From: Bigelowiella natans CCMP2755 | Lineage: Eukaryota; Protista; Cercozoa | NCBI GenBank assembly: GCA_000320545.1 | Contig: ADNK01001189.1 | Coordinates: forward strand, 1-37,763 | DNA length: 37,763 bases | Reading direction: 5' to 3' | Shown here: positions 11,574 to 25,588 of the stretch, one piece after another | How positions within the stretch are numbered: position 1 is the stretch's first letter | Layout of the letters: the number at the start of each line of letters is the position of its first letter | Notes under the pieces: generated by a model | Seen by the model: only the letters and a program-made list of their open reading frames with translations | What the model was told of the DNA's origin: nothing | Database searches by the model: none | Translations under genes and position numbers: made by a program

Positions 11574-13598
11574 CTACTTGTTGGAATACGAAAATTGTTT
11601 TGCTTCTTTGAATGTCCGGAATTGCTTTACTCGTCCTTCAGAAACACCCCAGAAATCCTTCCCAACACTTTCAAGGAAGTACCTGCAATGGATGGAAAAC
11701 CATAGTTAGTGGCGAAGATGAACACACACAAATAAAGACAAAAGCATCGAGATTACATCAGACACAGGTACAGATCTACACGATATGGCGGTGGACCTTC
11801 ATTGAATAAACTGGTAATTGTGGTTCTAGTCAACGCCCCCCCCCCCCCCCCGTTCTATCTTATCCAACAATTTGGTTCATAATTACTGGTCGTGGGAGAC
11901 GAAGAGCACCGCACCATTCCAGCCGTTTAGTGCGTTGACCAACGCATCAATTGTTTCGATATCGAGGTGGTTCGTCGGCTCGTCCATCACCATCAAATGA
12001 GGCTGCGGATATCTGCGAAGTATGTCAGCTTTCAGACAAAAAAATCGTCGGACTTTTACCCGAACCACCCCGAAATTAGTTTCGGAAACCCAACACAATG
12101 GTTTATACGATATATATATATATAGATGTATATCTCTGCATCGTTGTCCGTTCTAACATGTACTGATTCCACTTACGTCACTAGCGCGAAGGCGACGCGA
12201 CTTTGCTGCCCTCCGGAGAGATTGCCGATGAGCTGCTCGTGAAGCGCGGAGCCAATGCCATAGCGGGAGAGGTGTGACCGAATCTGGTCCGCTGTGGCCT
12301 TTTTGAACTTGTTTTTGAGGAAATCCAGCGGTGTCATCTCGAGATCAAGCTGGTCGTTGTGGTGCTGATTGAAGACACCGATTCGAATACTACGGTTACG
12401 TATACATCTCCCGCTGTTTGACGGTTCCAGCGCCCTGAGAACAACGTCGCATGGTCCATTCGTCGGGAGGGGAGGGGGGGGGGGGGGGGGGGGACAGAAA
12501 AACACAATCTCCACTTAATAAAACAATGTGGTTATTTATACTGATAATTAAGGAGCGACACAGCTATCTCAATCAACCGATATTGGTTGATGACTCCTGA
12601 TACATGTCCTGATTCGCCCCCCCCTCCCCTTTCTCCTCCCCCTCCTCCTCCTCCTGCTCCTCCTGCTCCTCCTCTCCATACCCACCGATCGTGTACTACT
12701 ATGCACTGACCCAAGAAGTAGTTTAATGAGCGTGGTTTTCCCTGCGCCGTTGCCTCCGAGGATTCCAACACGGGACTCCGAGTGCACGCACACAGACACG
12801 TCCCGAAGGATCAGCCCCTTCCGCTTATCGTAGCCAAAGTCGGCGTTGTCGAGTGAGACCATGTTTCCTTCGATCTTCACAACTTGCGGGAGCTCAAAGC
12901 GTAGCAACGACTCGTCCTGGAAAGGGAGGGGGGGGTGTCATTGAGATATCGCGCTGCTTTCCACTCTTTCTCCCCCCCCCTCTCTCTCTCTCTCTCCAAC
13001 TCGTTTCCCCCTCGTTTTGTTTAAGATGTGCTACTACTGGGATGTAGAACCTCCACAGCCTCTATCTTCTCCATCCTCTCCAACGCCTTGATGCGACTCT
13101 GCACGAGAGATGCCCTTTTGGCGTTGAACCGGAACTTATCGATGAACTCCTGCATGTGCTTTCGCTTCGCCTCGTACGCCTCGTACGCACGTTTCTGGGC
13201 CAGCATCTGGGATAATCATCGGACAAGAACAAAAGATCAGAAGAAGAAGAAGAAGAAGAAGAAGACGGTATGTGTATCGATGAAAGGGAATACCGCCTAA
13301 TTTTTTACAGCGTCGCATTGCTCAGTATTCGATGATTCACGCTAAGGCGTTCAGGCTTATTATATTGTCTCCACTCGTACATAGCAGCAGAGGGGGAGGA
13401 GGATGAGGATGAGGAGAGAAGTTGTGAGAACGACCTGTTCCTTTCTAACTTTGTCAAATGTATCATAGTCGCCTTTGTAGTAGTTGAGGCTCTTGTTGTG
13501 GAGGTGCACGATGTCGGTGGTAACGTGGTTGAGAAAGTGCCGATCATGCGACACTATCACCAGCGTCTTGGTGTATTTCAACAAATACCTTTGGACGA

Positions 13599-13639
<41 letters not shown>

Positions 13640-14575
13640 AAATTAGAGCGAGAAAGAGAGGGGGAGGAGAAGGAGGAGGAGGAGGAGGAGGAGGAAGAGG
13701 AGGACCACAGCGCAAAACTATTACAACGTGATTCTATCACCATCATCATCACCATTTATTATCATTTTAATTTTGATTTTCAATAGAATACTTTTGAAGC
13801 CAGATGACAGCTGGGAAATCCAGGTGGTTTGTCGGCTCATCCAGCAGCAATATATCAGGCCCCACGAACAGAGCGCACGCGAGCGACACCCTCATGCGCC
13901 AACCTCCTGACAACGACTTGGTCGATATCTGAAGTTGATTTGAGGGAGGGGAGGCAGGGGGAAACAAAGACATTGGTGATGATGATGTTCACGGCAGCGA
14001 GAAAACAGTACTAGCCAATGATCGTGATGGAATGAAATATGAGTCATCGTATCCATTTGCTTTGATTTGATTTTCCCTGTTGATTCAACGCTGACGCCAC
14101 GTCAGCAGCAGCCAGAGGTTACTTCATCGTCGTTGTCATCATTCTGTGCATTCGTAGCTTCCAACGACAACGAAAAAAAATCTTCCAGCTTTCCCCCATG
14201 CAACCTCTATGCAATGAAGCACTTGGATCCTGCGATAAGCCTTCTTCCTCTTAACCCCCTTCTCCTACCTCCCTCCTCTTCCCCCATACCTGCTGTCTCT
14301 CTGGGGAAAACCCGAGTCCTGATAGGATGTTTGCTGCACGCGTTTCTGCCTTCCACGCATCGATTTCCTGAAGACGCTCGTATATCTCCTCCAGGCGACC
14401 TGACTCATCAGCGGCATTGCTGGGATCTTTCTCGTCGGAGTTCGCGTCTCTTTCCTTGGCTTTCGACTCTTGCGTCAGTCGCTTCTCCTCTTTAGGTGCA
14501 AAACGGGTAGAAAGAAGAAGAAGAAGAAGAAGAAGAAGAAGAAGAAGAAACAGAGGATAGAAAATTGTGTGTAAG

Positions 14576-14630
<55 letters not shown>

Positions 14631-15155
14631 TGGTATCATTGTCATAGCATCAAATCTGCTAATCCCTGCTTCCTCACCTTGCATAAGCATGGTGCGCTCG
14701 ACGTCAGCTGCAATAACGGTCTCAAGGACAGAGCGTGTGTCGCCACGGCACTCCTGCTGCACATGGACGACACGGAGATACGTTGGGAATCCGGGAACCT
14801 ATAGTAGAAGGGGGGGGAGGGGGGGGGGAGGAGGAAACCGTCAGTCGGCGACGCAGGTAACAAAAAGACATCGGGAAATAGATGAAGTGGCCTCCGCTAG
14901 AGCAGAGGGTGAGACTGTTGCTACTACTACTACTACTACTACTCACTACCACTATTACTGATTCTATTTACTACGACGACTTCTACCTCGTAGTTGGAGA
15001 TGTGCCTCAACAACGTGGTCTTCCCTATACCGTTGCGTCCAATGAGGCCGATTCTCTTTCCTGGGGACAGCTTCAGCTCTGCAGATTCGAGCAGCTGGGC
15101 GCTGCCGTCCGGTGTAAACATGGAGAAGTTGTGGACATGAACCTGCGCAAAAAGA

Positions 15156-15195
<40 letters not shown>

Positions 15196-17384
15196 GGACG
15201 GAGAGATACCAGCGCCCATCACAAATAACCGTTCGAGCGTGTGAGTGAGAGTGAGAGTGTGAGTGCGAGTGCGAGTGTGTGCGCGCGCGTGTGTGTATGT
15301 TTGTGTTTGCGCGTGCGGATGTCTTCGTGATGCAGAAACTCCAGAGCGACCAAGGGTGGGAATTCGATCATCATTTTGTTTTCCGTTATACAATCCCTAG
15401 TGTTGTCCCTCCCCGTAACCCCCCCCTCCCAACGAACGTACAGCCATCGGATGATATGTTAGATAAACTGCTTGCCGGCGGCACAACCGACCTCGCTGCC
15501 CTTTTTCTTAGCTGTGCGTATAGATTCGAGATAGGTGCGCATGGCCTCCTCCCTCTTTTCTCGTTCAGCTCGTTGGACCGCCTATTTGAAGGAAGAGGAG
15601 GAGGAAGGTTGAGGAGGATGAAGAGGAGAAGGAGGAGGGGGAGAAGAAGAAACGGGCAGAGTAGCTTGTACTGTGAACATCCATGGAAACTCCCGCTACA
15701 ACAAGATTTTCGGGTACCCGTATATGTCGTAGAACAACGGTCGTAAGGCATTTGGCATTCTTATTTATCAGTGTTGCTTTTGTTATGTCGAAGCTGCATA
15801 GATTCTAGTATTGTTTTGAGTCTGAAGACCACAGAGACTACTTACTTCGCGTTTCCGCCTCATGGCCTCGAGAGCCTTCTGCTTCTGTCGCAAAGCGCGA
15901 ATCTCACGCTTCGAGAGGGCACGGTTGCTGCCATCGTCGGCCATATTCGACGACTTCTTTTCGTCCTTCTTAATCTGTGCAGGAAAAGACACTTATTTTC
16001 CCGCGCGCACGTTCTAACTTCTCGCGATTAAATATATCCGCGTGTATCATTATGAAAACTACATGAATAAATATATAAATTATTTATAAGAAAAAAATCC
16101 CCTAAAATTTCGGTTCGTGGGTAGGTCAACATAGATTTAGATTTACTACATTTTCAGTCGCTTTCCCATCATCACAATCATTATCAAATATCGTACCTGT
16201 TGAATCTTGACTGGGGCGGTCAGCAGGGTCGTGGTACCCGAGTTGCGAATCTCGTGTACTGGTAACTTAATCCAGCTGATTGGCACGGTCTCTTGATTGC
16301 CATACTCCGTAAAAGACACCATTATATCGCCAGAAGTCATCAAAGCTTCCACTGTCGCCGCATACCTGTGAGTACAAACACCGAGAGCGGCATTTACAAC
16401 ATGATGGTGATAACAGACGTTTCCTGACTTAAAAGTGCAAAAAGAATAATTCTGTTTTTTTCTCTGGAAAATAAGTAACATGAGAATGCCTAAATTTAGA
16501 CCCGTGGAAGAATCGGGTGTTCCTTATTTCTCAAAACAAAAATGCTGGAGGCCGCGCGAAGGGGAAAGAGATTTGCAGGCAGTATCTACGGCAGCCTGGC
16601 ATCATGATATTCAAAAACAAAACGCATATCACCATCTCTGGTCCTCGAAATACTTGGCCATACAATCCATTCCAACCTGCAGCGCTCCCTTTGACTGAAA
16701 AGTGTAGAGAAAGGGGAGAAGAATCACGTGAGTCAGTGTATCAATTGAGCTGCTTAAGAGACTGTAGGTATGGCTGATAATTTTCATATAATCAAAGAGG
16801 GAAAATAACGAATTTGCCCACCTTCTTATCGATGACCACCCACTCTGTCTTTTTCTTCTTTTCCTTCTCATCCTTCGAGTCGTTCTTGTGTAGCCCTGCT
16901 CCGCCCAGGCCTTCAGAAACTTGTCCCGATAACTCTACACAAAATTGGAGCAAGAATTACGAAGATGGCCCGGAAATATGGAAATAAGACTCAAAGTAAT
17001 AGACAGGAGGTGTTTGGGTGGATAACCTAGTGCCTCTTCAGCGGTGTCGACAACACCAAAGCTACAAAGAAGCTCCCCGATAGATTTGTTCACCTTTAAA
17101 TTTAACATTTTTTACAACAGATGACAGACCATAATTTCCCAAAACACGGTTATTCGAAAGACTGCTCGCAGGGAAAGCATGGGGCAGCGAACCCCCCACG
17201 CCTTTTCTTTCAAAACAACCATAGCTGGAGTCAATGAAGCGCCCGAGGTTTTCTTTAGATCAATTGCCAGAGATTTGGCTACGTATCGTAGCACAGGTCC
17301 GTCGAATTCAGGAAGGGCAAGCTCCTCCATCGCTTCGCGTGCTTCCTCAAAGCTGGCCTCGTCATAGGCCGTGTGCGCCTCCAT
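11574..17384 (-). CDS. ABCF3: ABC-F family ATPase, ABCF3/Gcn20-like, with an inserted Tudor domain
   Basis: Two ABC cassettes and no TM segments: [14 protein letters not shown] / [12 protein letters not shown] / [11 protein letters not shown] / IVSHDR; linker [29 protein letters not shown] (ABCF3/Gcn20-typical); [13 protein letters not shown] / [12 protein letters not shown] / [10 protein letters not shown] / FVSHDQ. ATG at 17384 (MEAHTAYDE..); last exon ..[35 protein letters not shown] ends at 11574. About 16 GT-AG exons; the junction around 15140-15490 is uncertain. Confidence 0.92.
16266..16685 (-). other. Tudor domain (TDRD3/SMN-type) inside the ABCF gene, split over exons 16688-16633 and 16365-16197
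   Basis: [17 protein letters not shown]|[33 protein letters not shown] matches the Tudor pattern G-x-x-C-x-A-x-[YW]-x-E-D-x-x-x-Y-x-A..V-x-[FY]-x-x-YGN-x-E. Both exons are in phase with flanking ABCF exons. Confidence 0.85.
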
Positions 17385-17640
17385 TTTTCGCCGGGAGAAT
17401 TCGGTCGAAGCGGAAACGACTGTGATTTTTACCTTTAGACTGGCGAAATAAGTTGTCGCAATGGAAAATTGGGCAAAGGCCTCTGTCAAAGGTGAGTCCG
17501 AGTGCCGTTTCCATCGTGCGTCATGCCCTTTCTCCATGTCGTATTTTGAAAACTAATGTTGATCCAAGTTTTGAAATTTTGAATTCGGCTCAGTCAACTC
17601 CACTCGGCCTTCCATAGGGGGGGGGGATGAGGTTGATCCG
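17385..17640. promoter_or_regulatory. Short divergent promoter region between the ABCF gene and the membrane-protein gene
   Basis: About 256 bp between outward-facing ATGs; positional inference only. Confidence 0.5.
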
Positions 17641-19356
17641 ATGAGGAGGCAGGGAGGAAGCATGGGCGAATGGGTGACCGCTCATTATATCAAAAAAATG
17701 GCCATCTCCCTTCTTCTTCTCCTCACGGTGACCTACCCAGCGGAGGTGAGATTGTTATTCTTTTGTTCTAGTGCAGTTTCTCAATAACGATGATACCCAA
17801 AAAGGCAACGATGCCCCTAGGTCCAAGGATGAAGTCAATGCGTGATGACAGGGAGGACATCGCTGAAATGAATAAACAGAAGTCTCTCGCTCATGCTGCC
17901 GCTCACCCGCACAAGCAGGCCTTGCACGTCACCGTTGGGGAGGACGGGGACAGCCTCATAAGTGGTATGGAGGACAAGAAACGTTCTTCGTCTTCAACGC
18001 CTAAAGTACTTGTGGATGACCTTGTGCCTAAACCGACGAAGTTAAGCGTACAAACCACACCTCATCCGGTAGAACACTCGTATTCTAATATCGTTGCACC
18101 GGGCATCATTTGACGGAGTTTTCTATGCTTTCACCAATCTTTTATTCTTGTCGTATGCGAACCAAAATACACGTTGTTACCCCAACGTAGGCGGAAAATG
18201 CTCCTGATTCGTCTCAAAAGGTCGCCCCCAGTGATGGAAAGGAGACAAACGATGACAAAAAGGGGTTTGAGGCCTCAAGCGATGGCATGCCAGCATCCTC
18301 CGCAACCCCATCTTCAACCGATAGTACTAGATCGAGGACTACGTCAGGAGCAATCACGACAACCCCAATCAAGAGTGGTAAAACATATGTTGCAAAGACG
18401 AGCACGGGGACATCGCTCAAGTCGCAAGGTGCGGAATCCACAAATCGTGACGAAATGCCGAAGAAAGTGGACGCGAGGGGTGATGTCAATGACTCGACCG
18501 CGAGATCGGAGAACATCCACACCAAGAACTACAATGTTTCGAAGCATATGAGCAATATTGGAACCGGTAGCCCCAACAATAGTCATGAGATTGAAAAACC
18601 TGTGCCTAAGAGTAAGACTGAGCTGGATATACCAAGTAGAGATGGCAAGAACAGCAGCGTGTCCTCAGCAGTGAATGCCGCAAAGCAAATGTCTGCCTAC
18701 CTCAAGAAGGTCATGAATCAGAATGGGAGTGGCGGGGGGTGAGGTGAAATCGAAGAAAGAGAGAGCAAATGCATTGGATTATTTTCCATTGTTCTTCGCT
18801 TACGCGAGAGGCCCTAGTTGGCAGCGAAGCATCTTTTCCCTTTTTTAGATTGAATACATCATTGTCCTCGTCCTCGTGACGGTTAATATAATACGAACTT
18901 CCGTCAAGAATCACTCACTCATATTTTCGCTCAAAATTGTTGTTTCTTGAGATTCCTATGTGATGATCGTGGTACCCACATAAAGGTTCATCTTGTGAAC
19001 GAAATAATCGGTGACAAAACCCCCAAAATCGGCGTCGAGTAAGGCCTGCAACTCATAATACATCGCCGCACGTTTAGTGTCCTGCTCTGTTCTACGATTG
19101 TTTTTGCAATAGCTATGCAGTGAAGCTGTGGTCTCTTACTCACTCTTCATCCGTCACTCTTGCCAATCTTTGCCCCGCCTCCCCTCTTTCTTTCTACCCC
19201 CCCCCCCCCCCCACACACACACACCAATCGCCAACCTCGCATTCCCTTAACTTTTCCTTTTATATTCAAAACAAACATCTTTCCAAACTTCTCGAGGTAT
19301 TCGGGGGGGGGCAGTCAACAGTCCAATCTATCACTTTTGCTGCTAATAATGGGGCT

Positions 19357-19397
<41 letters not shown>

Positions 19398-20308
19398 GAC
19401 TGCTCAGCACCGCGACCAAAAGGGCACAAAGAAAGAATCGAAAAAGGAACAGAAGACTGGGACAACTGCAGCGAAAAAAAGGGGGGGGAAACCGGAGAAG
19501 GAGGTGGAAGAGGAGGAGGAGGACGAGGAGGAGGAGGAGGAGGAGGAGGAGGAGGAAAGAGAGGGGAACGAAGAGAATATGGGGAAGGAGGACAACGGAA
19601 GAGTGGTGGCGCGAGGTGCGAAGATGGAGTCCAATGGGGAGGAAGACCATAGGGAGAAAGGGCAAAATGGTGAATATCCAACAACACCGCACCAACGACA
19701 AACTTGAATAATGATGATGTTTATGATTGATGATGGTGATGATGGTGATGATCATGATGAGGATGGGTAGAGTATACTTACTCGGTCTGTTTCGCATCAT
19801 TGGAGGGCCATATCGCACAGCTAGAGAAAAGGCAAATGTAAACGCGATACAGACGAAGACATTCATGAAATCAGCTCGGCCGATAACGCGATGCGGATGT
19901 TCCTCTCACTTTCATTCTTTTCCTTACCTATCAGCCGTTGAAAAGCGAGAAGGACGTACACCGGTACAGCAGCAGCAGCAACATCATGCTCAAAGGTTAT
20001 CGGATACCAACAGCCAAGAAACAGACGTGAGGGCAGAGGCGAGAAAGGCAAAGTCCCCCGTGAAAAAAGACAATAAGTTAGGAGAGACGATCCTACGAAT
20101 CGTCAAGGTAGAATGCTCTGTCGCTGTTGTCATTTATGGTAGCAGCGGTCTCGACGATCAGTTGGGAAATATGACGACCCACCACCCACCACAAATCAGC
20201 GGTGGGATCTAAGGATAGCGCACCATCATATTGGAAATGCATAAACGTCACTTCCACTTTGTGACGATATATGATGGCGCTGCTTGCCAGAAAGAGAGAG
20301 AGAGGGAG

Positions 20309-20356
<48 letters not shown>

Positions 20357-21591
20357 TAAAGGCGGGGGGGGGGTTGTCCTCACCTTAATCCTCAAATATC
20401 TACTTTAGGCGTACCTGCGGAACATGAGTAATCCCACCACCACCACCACCACTCCGTCCGACTCCCTCCCTCAAAATAAGCTTGCCGCCTCGACTTCACA
20501 GCACAACAACAACAACAACAACAACACGGCGAGGATAGGTAATTACGATCCGCCGTGCTACCAGGCATGCGCGATCTTTATCTTTCTGAAATCCCATCTC
20601 TAACCTAATCTCTGTTATCGTCGCCACTTATAACTTGCTCTTTCTTACCATTTGTGATGCTTTTTCTACCCCTGCTACCCCTCTCCGTCCTTTTCAGCGC
20701 TAGTAGCAGCAGTGCCGCCACCAACCCTGCAAAGCCAACATGGCGTTAACCAGGATTCGGAAAATCGCTCTGATACTGATGTTGGGAGAGGAGCAAGAGG
20801 GGGGAGAGGCGAAGAGAGTAACAAAGTTGTCATCGTTACCTCTCGATCGGAGGGAGTTTCTACCCCCCACGATTCGGTCTCTATTTCCCATGTTCAAGGC
20901 ACTCCTTCCCCCACCAACGTTACATTGATTTCGCCTCCATCTCTCTCCATTCGTTCTAGCGATGCGTCACTCCCCCTTCCTGATCCCGAACTACAAGGCC
21001 ACCAACACCACATCGTGCAGAAACTACCCAGTTCCCCCTCCACATTGCAGTTTTTTAAGAAAAGTAAGGTTGAATATCAACAGAGACCAAAGTTCAGGGC
21101 GGCTGGGGAGGCAGCATTGCGCAGGGGTCCCATGGTGGCAACGGAAGCAGGAAAGCATCGACATCTACGACACTCTCTGCCTATAGAAGTAAGGACTACG
21201 TCTTTTGATATAAATAACAACAGCTTTGAGGAGGAGACTCCACACGGCATGACCATAGTTCGCACCGTTCGCACATCTCTCTCTGCGCCATCTCTTCATG
21301 GAGAATCAACCGGCAAGGTGGTTGGCGGCGGGGCATACGGCATCAAGCGAGACTACTCAAAGAGCAATGGAAAGAACGGACAAGTCAGCTTACCCTTACA
21401 ATGGGCGAATGAAAGAACGGTTTCAGCTGTTGCCGCACCCGCCTCTTCCCGTGCCCATTCTCCCCAATACCAAAGCCATGCCCTTCTCAATACCTCCAGC
21501 AGCATCGGCGTGAGCACAACTGCAAAGGTGCTGACAGCAGCTGCATCTGAGGCTACGAAGACAGGGTCGGAAGCTGCGCGACAAAAGAGGA

Positions 21592-21626
<35 letters not shown>

Positions 21627-23245
21627 GGCAGTCTTTCCCACGCCTCCCCGGCCTTAGATAGTGGTACTGACCAAAAGCTGCCACAGCCGCAAGAAAGTAA
21701 AGACGACGGGCCAGCACCAGCTCTGACATCCACAACAATGGCCGCCTCAGAAGAGGCCGGCATAGAGAATGGATCTAATCAACGTGGGGAGACAGCGAGC
21801 AGCGACGGTGAGGGGAGGGGGGAGGAGAGCGATAGGGAGAGGAGAAGAAGCGCTCTGGCTGCTTCTGTCTTGAAATCGGCGGAGAGAATGGCAATGGCAG
21901 AGAACCAAGATGCAGATGCTGCTGCCGTTGCAATCACAGCTAAGGATGCAGCTACCGCTGCTGCTGCTGCTGCTGCTCCAACAGCTTTGAAGACAGTGGT
22001 AGAAGAAGAATCTCTTGGTCGACAAGGACGCAACAACGGTAGCAACACCAACGCCAACATCACCAGCACCAGCTCTCACAAGTATGACGGCACCGCCTTG
22101 AATGGGAGCGAAAAGCAAGCGCAGCAGACGCAGAAGGCCAGCGGAGGATGGAAAGTGAGAATCAATGGTGAGGAGATGAAGACGAAGGCCCATGCCGAGA
22201 ATAAGGGTGAAGAAAGAGCTGATCGTGATGTCGGCAGTGAGGGAGTCGCTAAAGTGAAATACAAACAAGACGCACGAGGAAGCAAGGAGAAAGATACTGA
22301 TTCCGTTCAACTTGTCCAACATAAAAATGGCGGAAAGATAAATGAGAAAGGCAGCGCGGGCAGCGATGGATCACCACAAACTCCTCCTCTTATGCAACAA
22401 CCAAGTCCGCTGCACAAAGAAGAGAACCGAGGAGAAGGAGGGGGGGAAGGAGGAGTTCTTGCATCTATGGCCCTTCCGGAGGGTAATAGTGACTGGAAAC
22501 AAATGGATCTTCTTAAGCGACCAATAAAATAGAATGGGGCCTTTCTTTATTCTCTTTGAAACACAAATAATAATTACGTTTAATCCGACCCACAAGTCTA
22601 TTTTTTGAATTCTTTAAGGAGAACTGAGAGGAATACACCGGGGAGCGGGGAGTGGAGCTTGTGTATAGTCATCTTCCTCATTCTTTCACCTGTTCTCATC
22701 ACGCACAGGTATCAAGGAGCTATTTGATCATCATGACAACGAGCTTCCTTCTCCTCATCATCATCGTCGTCGCCGGCACCAGCAGCACCACCACCAGGTG
22801 AAGGAGGAAGAGGCGGGAGAGCATCAGGGGGAACAAAAAAGCCAAGGAGCATCTAGCGAGACGGCTGGTTCTTCTCTTTCCTCCTCTTCGTCCTCCTCAT
22901 CACTATCGTCATCTCCAGAAGCAATATCAAAAAATGAAGCTATAGGTACGTCGCTAATATGTAGAGAAAGCTGATAGAGTCGTTTAAAGAAACGGTGGCA
23001 GAGATGATGCAAAACACTAATAAGCCCTTCGACTTTGTGCGACACATGGCCTCGCGCAATGAAAGCCACAGAAATCATCGGCGTGCTGACTTTCTTTACG
23101 ACGTACATTGCGCCTGTTTACACTCGCTTCTTCCAAACGGTTATGCCACTCTATAAGTACAGGGAATGTGAGAAAGTAGTAGCGGTAATATCGACATTTG
23201 TAAATCGCACGAATATGGTCATAATGCACAGGTGGTGGAGCTACT

Positions 23246-23284
<39 letters not shown>

Positions 23285-23545
23285 GAACGGACTTCCACCT
23301 CCTCCTCCTCCTCCTCCTCCTCCTCCTCCTCCTCGGGGAGATCGAAGACCACGAAATCAACACAGGAGGCAAGTCGTAGCAGCAGGAAGAAAAAGGAGAA
23401 GAAGAAAGCGGGCAATGATGTGGAGGAGGAGGAGCGGAGTCAAGACTCGAAGCAGAGAGCGAGGATCAATCGGCAGGTGCTCGCTGAATAGTATCATTTG
23501 GGAACCCAAGATACCTCTAATGAAACCAGTGAGCTCGTGAATGAC

Positions 23546-23579
<34 letters not shown>

Positions 23580-24002
23580 CGTATTCCTTGTATTTGTCGT
23601 TTGGCAGCTCGACATTAGACGCTATGAAAAGCTTCTGTATCACCCTTCAAAAAGCTTAGAGGAGGTGGTAGTAGTAGTTGTAGCAGTAGTGCGTTGCGTT
23701 ATGTACGCTGCGAGCGAAATGGGAGGTCTTACATGTGCCTGTGACAGCACGGTCAGTTGTATTCTACCCCCGATCGCCTGCAAATCAGCATACATGGATA
23801 TCCATGAAGCCATAACTATTTTGGGGGATATGTGTGTGAGAGATATGTACATATTGTGCATCTCGTAGGAGCCAGACAGCACCTCCTACACATCGTGGCG
23901 CGAATGGTTTCTTGTAGGCTTAATGGTCAGCATATTATGCCCTTTATGAACAGAATCACTTCTATCGACGCACAATAATGCAAATATAGGACGTATTACA
24001 AA

Positions 24003-24043
<41 letters not shown>

Positions 24044-24697
24044 ATCGAGAGAGGATGCGGAAGAAAGAGAGGGGAGGAGTAGCACATCAAAAATATGCAG
24101 CCCAAAGAGAGCTTCGATAACTTAGCCTTCTCCCTCCCCTCACACACTGCCATCGTATTTTCCACAGTGCTCCGCCAACATCCTCCTTGCTCTCTTGCTG
24201 TGCGTGTGCTACTTCAACACTCGCAACACGTACTACTACTACAACAACTCGAAGCCTCGGTGCGATGCCGGTGATGACGTGCGGCACCGCTTAGTCGTCC
24301 AAGCGGACGGCGACATGGAGGTACGCAGGCCTGTGGGCGTGCAATTATGTTGTGGTTGTTGCTGTGTCTACTTGCTACTGTTGCCTGCAATATGCATGCT
24401 CGAGAAGGGGGGGGGGAGGGGGGGGGAGGGGTCCGAAAGGGACTTAGCTTATCTAAAGCCTTGGAATTATTACAGAGCCTTCTTCCTCTGCACGGCGGCA
24501 AAAGTAGCAGCAGCAGCAGTATAATGAAGATTATGGATATCAGCAGCAGCACGAGGAGTAGCAGTAGTTGTGGCATTAGTAGAAGTAGTAGTAGCAGTGA
24601 TGTGCAGGGTACAGGCTCCGTCTACGACAATTCAATTTTCTCCTTTGCAGCCCCATTTGATTCAGCCAGCATCGTTCGCTGGTCGCGCCCGGATTAG
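17641..24697 (+). CDS. Large low-complexity (S/T/A/E/K/Q-rich) predicted type I membrane protein, function unknown
   Basis: Exon 1 encodes a signal-peptide-like MAISLLLLLTVTYPAE (possible starts 17641/17662/17698) before a gtgag donor. Internal exons include ORFs 17790.., 18287.., 19120.. and the 606-aa ORF at 20712. Exons 23869-23925 and 24168-24320 join to WREWFLVGLM|CSANILLALLLCVCYF (one TM helix). Last exon GTGSVYDNSIFSFAAPFDSASIVRWSRPD* ends at 24697. Several internal junctions were not fully resolved. Confidence 0.65.
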
Positions 24698-25588
24698 CAT
24701 CACTTTGTTGTTTTTAGTTTTAGGCAATAGCACTAATTCTGAATGTGTAAGGTAACACATTGTTGAGGCTATAATGAAATCTTGGTACCGATGATAGCAA
24801 ATGCTATCTTCGTATTTGCGTATGATAGCAAAGTATATATTCGTGTATGTGTGTACAATAAATACATGCATATGAGACGGATGTAGTGGAAATATATTTT
24901 CAATTGTCATCTTAATGTAGCTTTACAAAGCGCTGTACCTCTGCGCATACACATACATCCACCATCCCCTCAAAATTGCCCGTTGAAACATTAATTAGCA
25001 TTACATGGCGCCGGCGCGGTTTGTGCTGAAATGTTAATAATGTGTGTATGGGAAGCAATCTAGCAACACCCATGCTACTAATGCTATATCGTTGTAGAAT
25101 ATACTGTGTTAATCGCATCGCTTATGCGGGGCTGCGAAAGGCATACTATTAATTGCTCATCACTACATGCACTGAGACTTCCATGTATTGTCGGAGTCTT
25201 ATAATACTTCATTTTTGCCACTTATTATTACACACCATACGCATAAACGCAAATTATGATCTAGTGATAGCGCATAGCTAGCGATATATGCGTGTGCGGC
25301 GCGTGCCTGTAAGCAGCTTTTCTCCGTGGTGTTTATCCGAATGATATATATAATATATGCTGTGTCTATTATCCGATATTTAAGCGCTTGATTATAAATG
25401 GCAGCTCACGCAACGACACGGCGACTCTATAGCTCGTCACAATTACATGCACGACTAAACAGTAAGAACATCGCAGTTTTCTGCTGATATAACACCTCTA
25501 GAAAGATGGGAAGATGCCGCCTCAAAGGGCTACCCTCCAACGCTAGGGCGAGTACTATCACGACAGAACTGTCACTTCGTATGGTATG

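Noticed and set aside
20712-22532. 606-aa ORF as a stand-alone gene
   Set aside because: It starts at GTG just after a polypyrimidine-CAG acceptor (~20697) and matches the composition of flanking exons, so it is best read as an internal exon.
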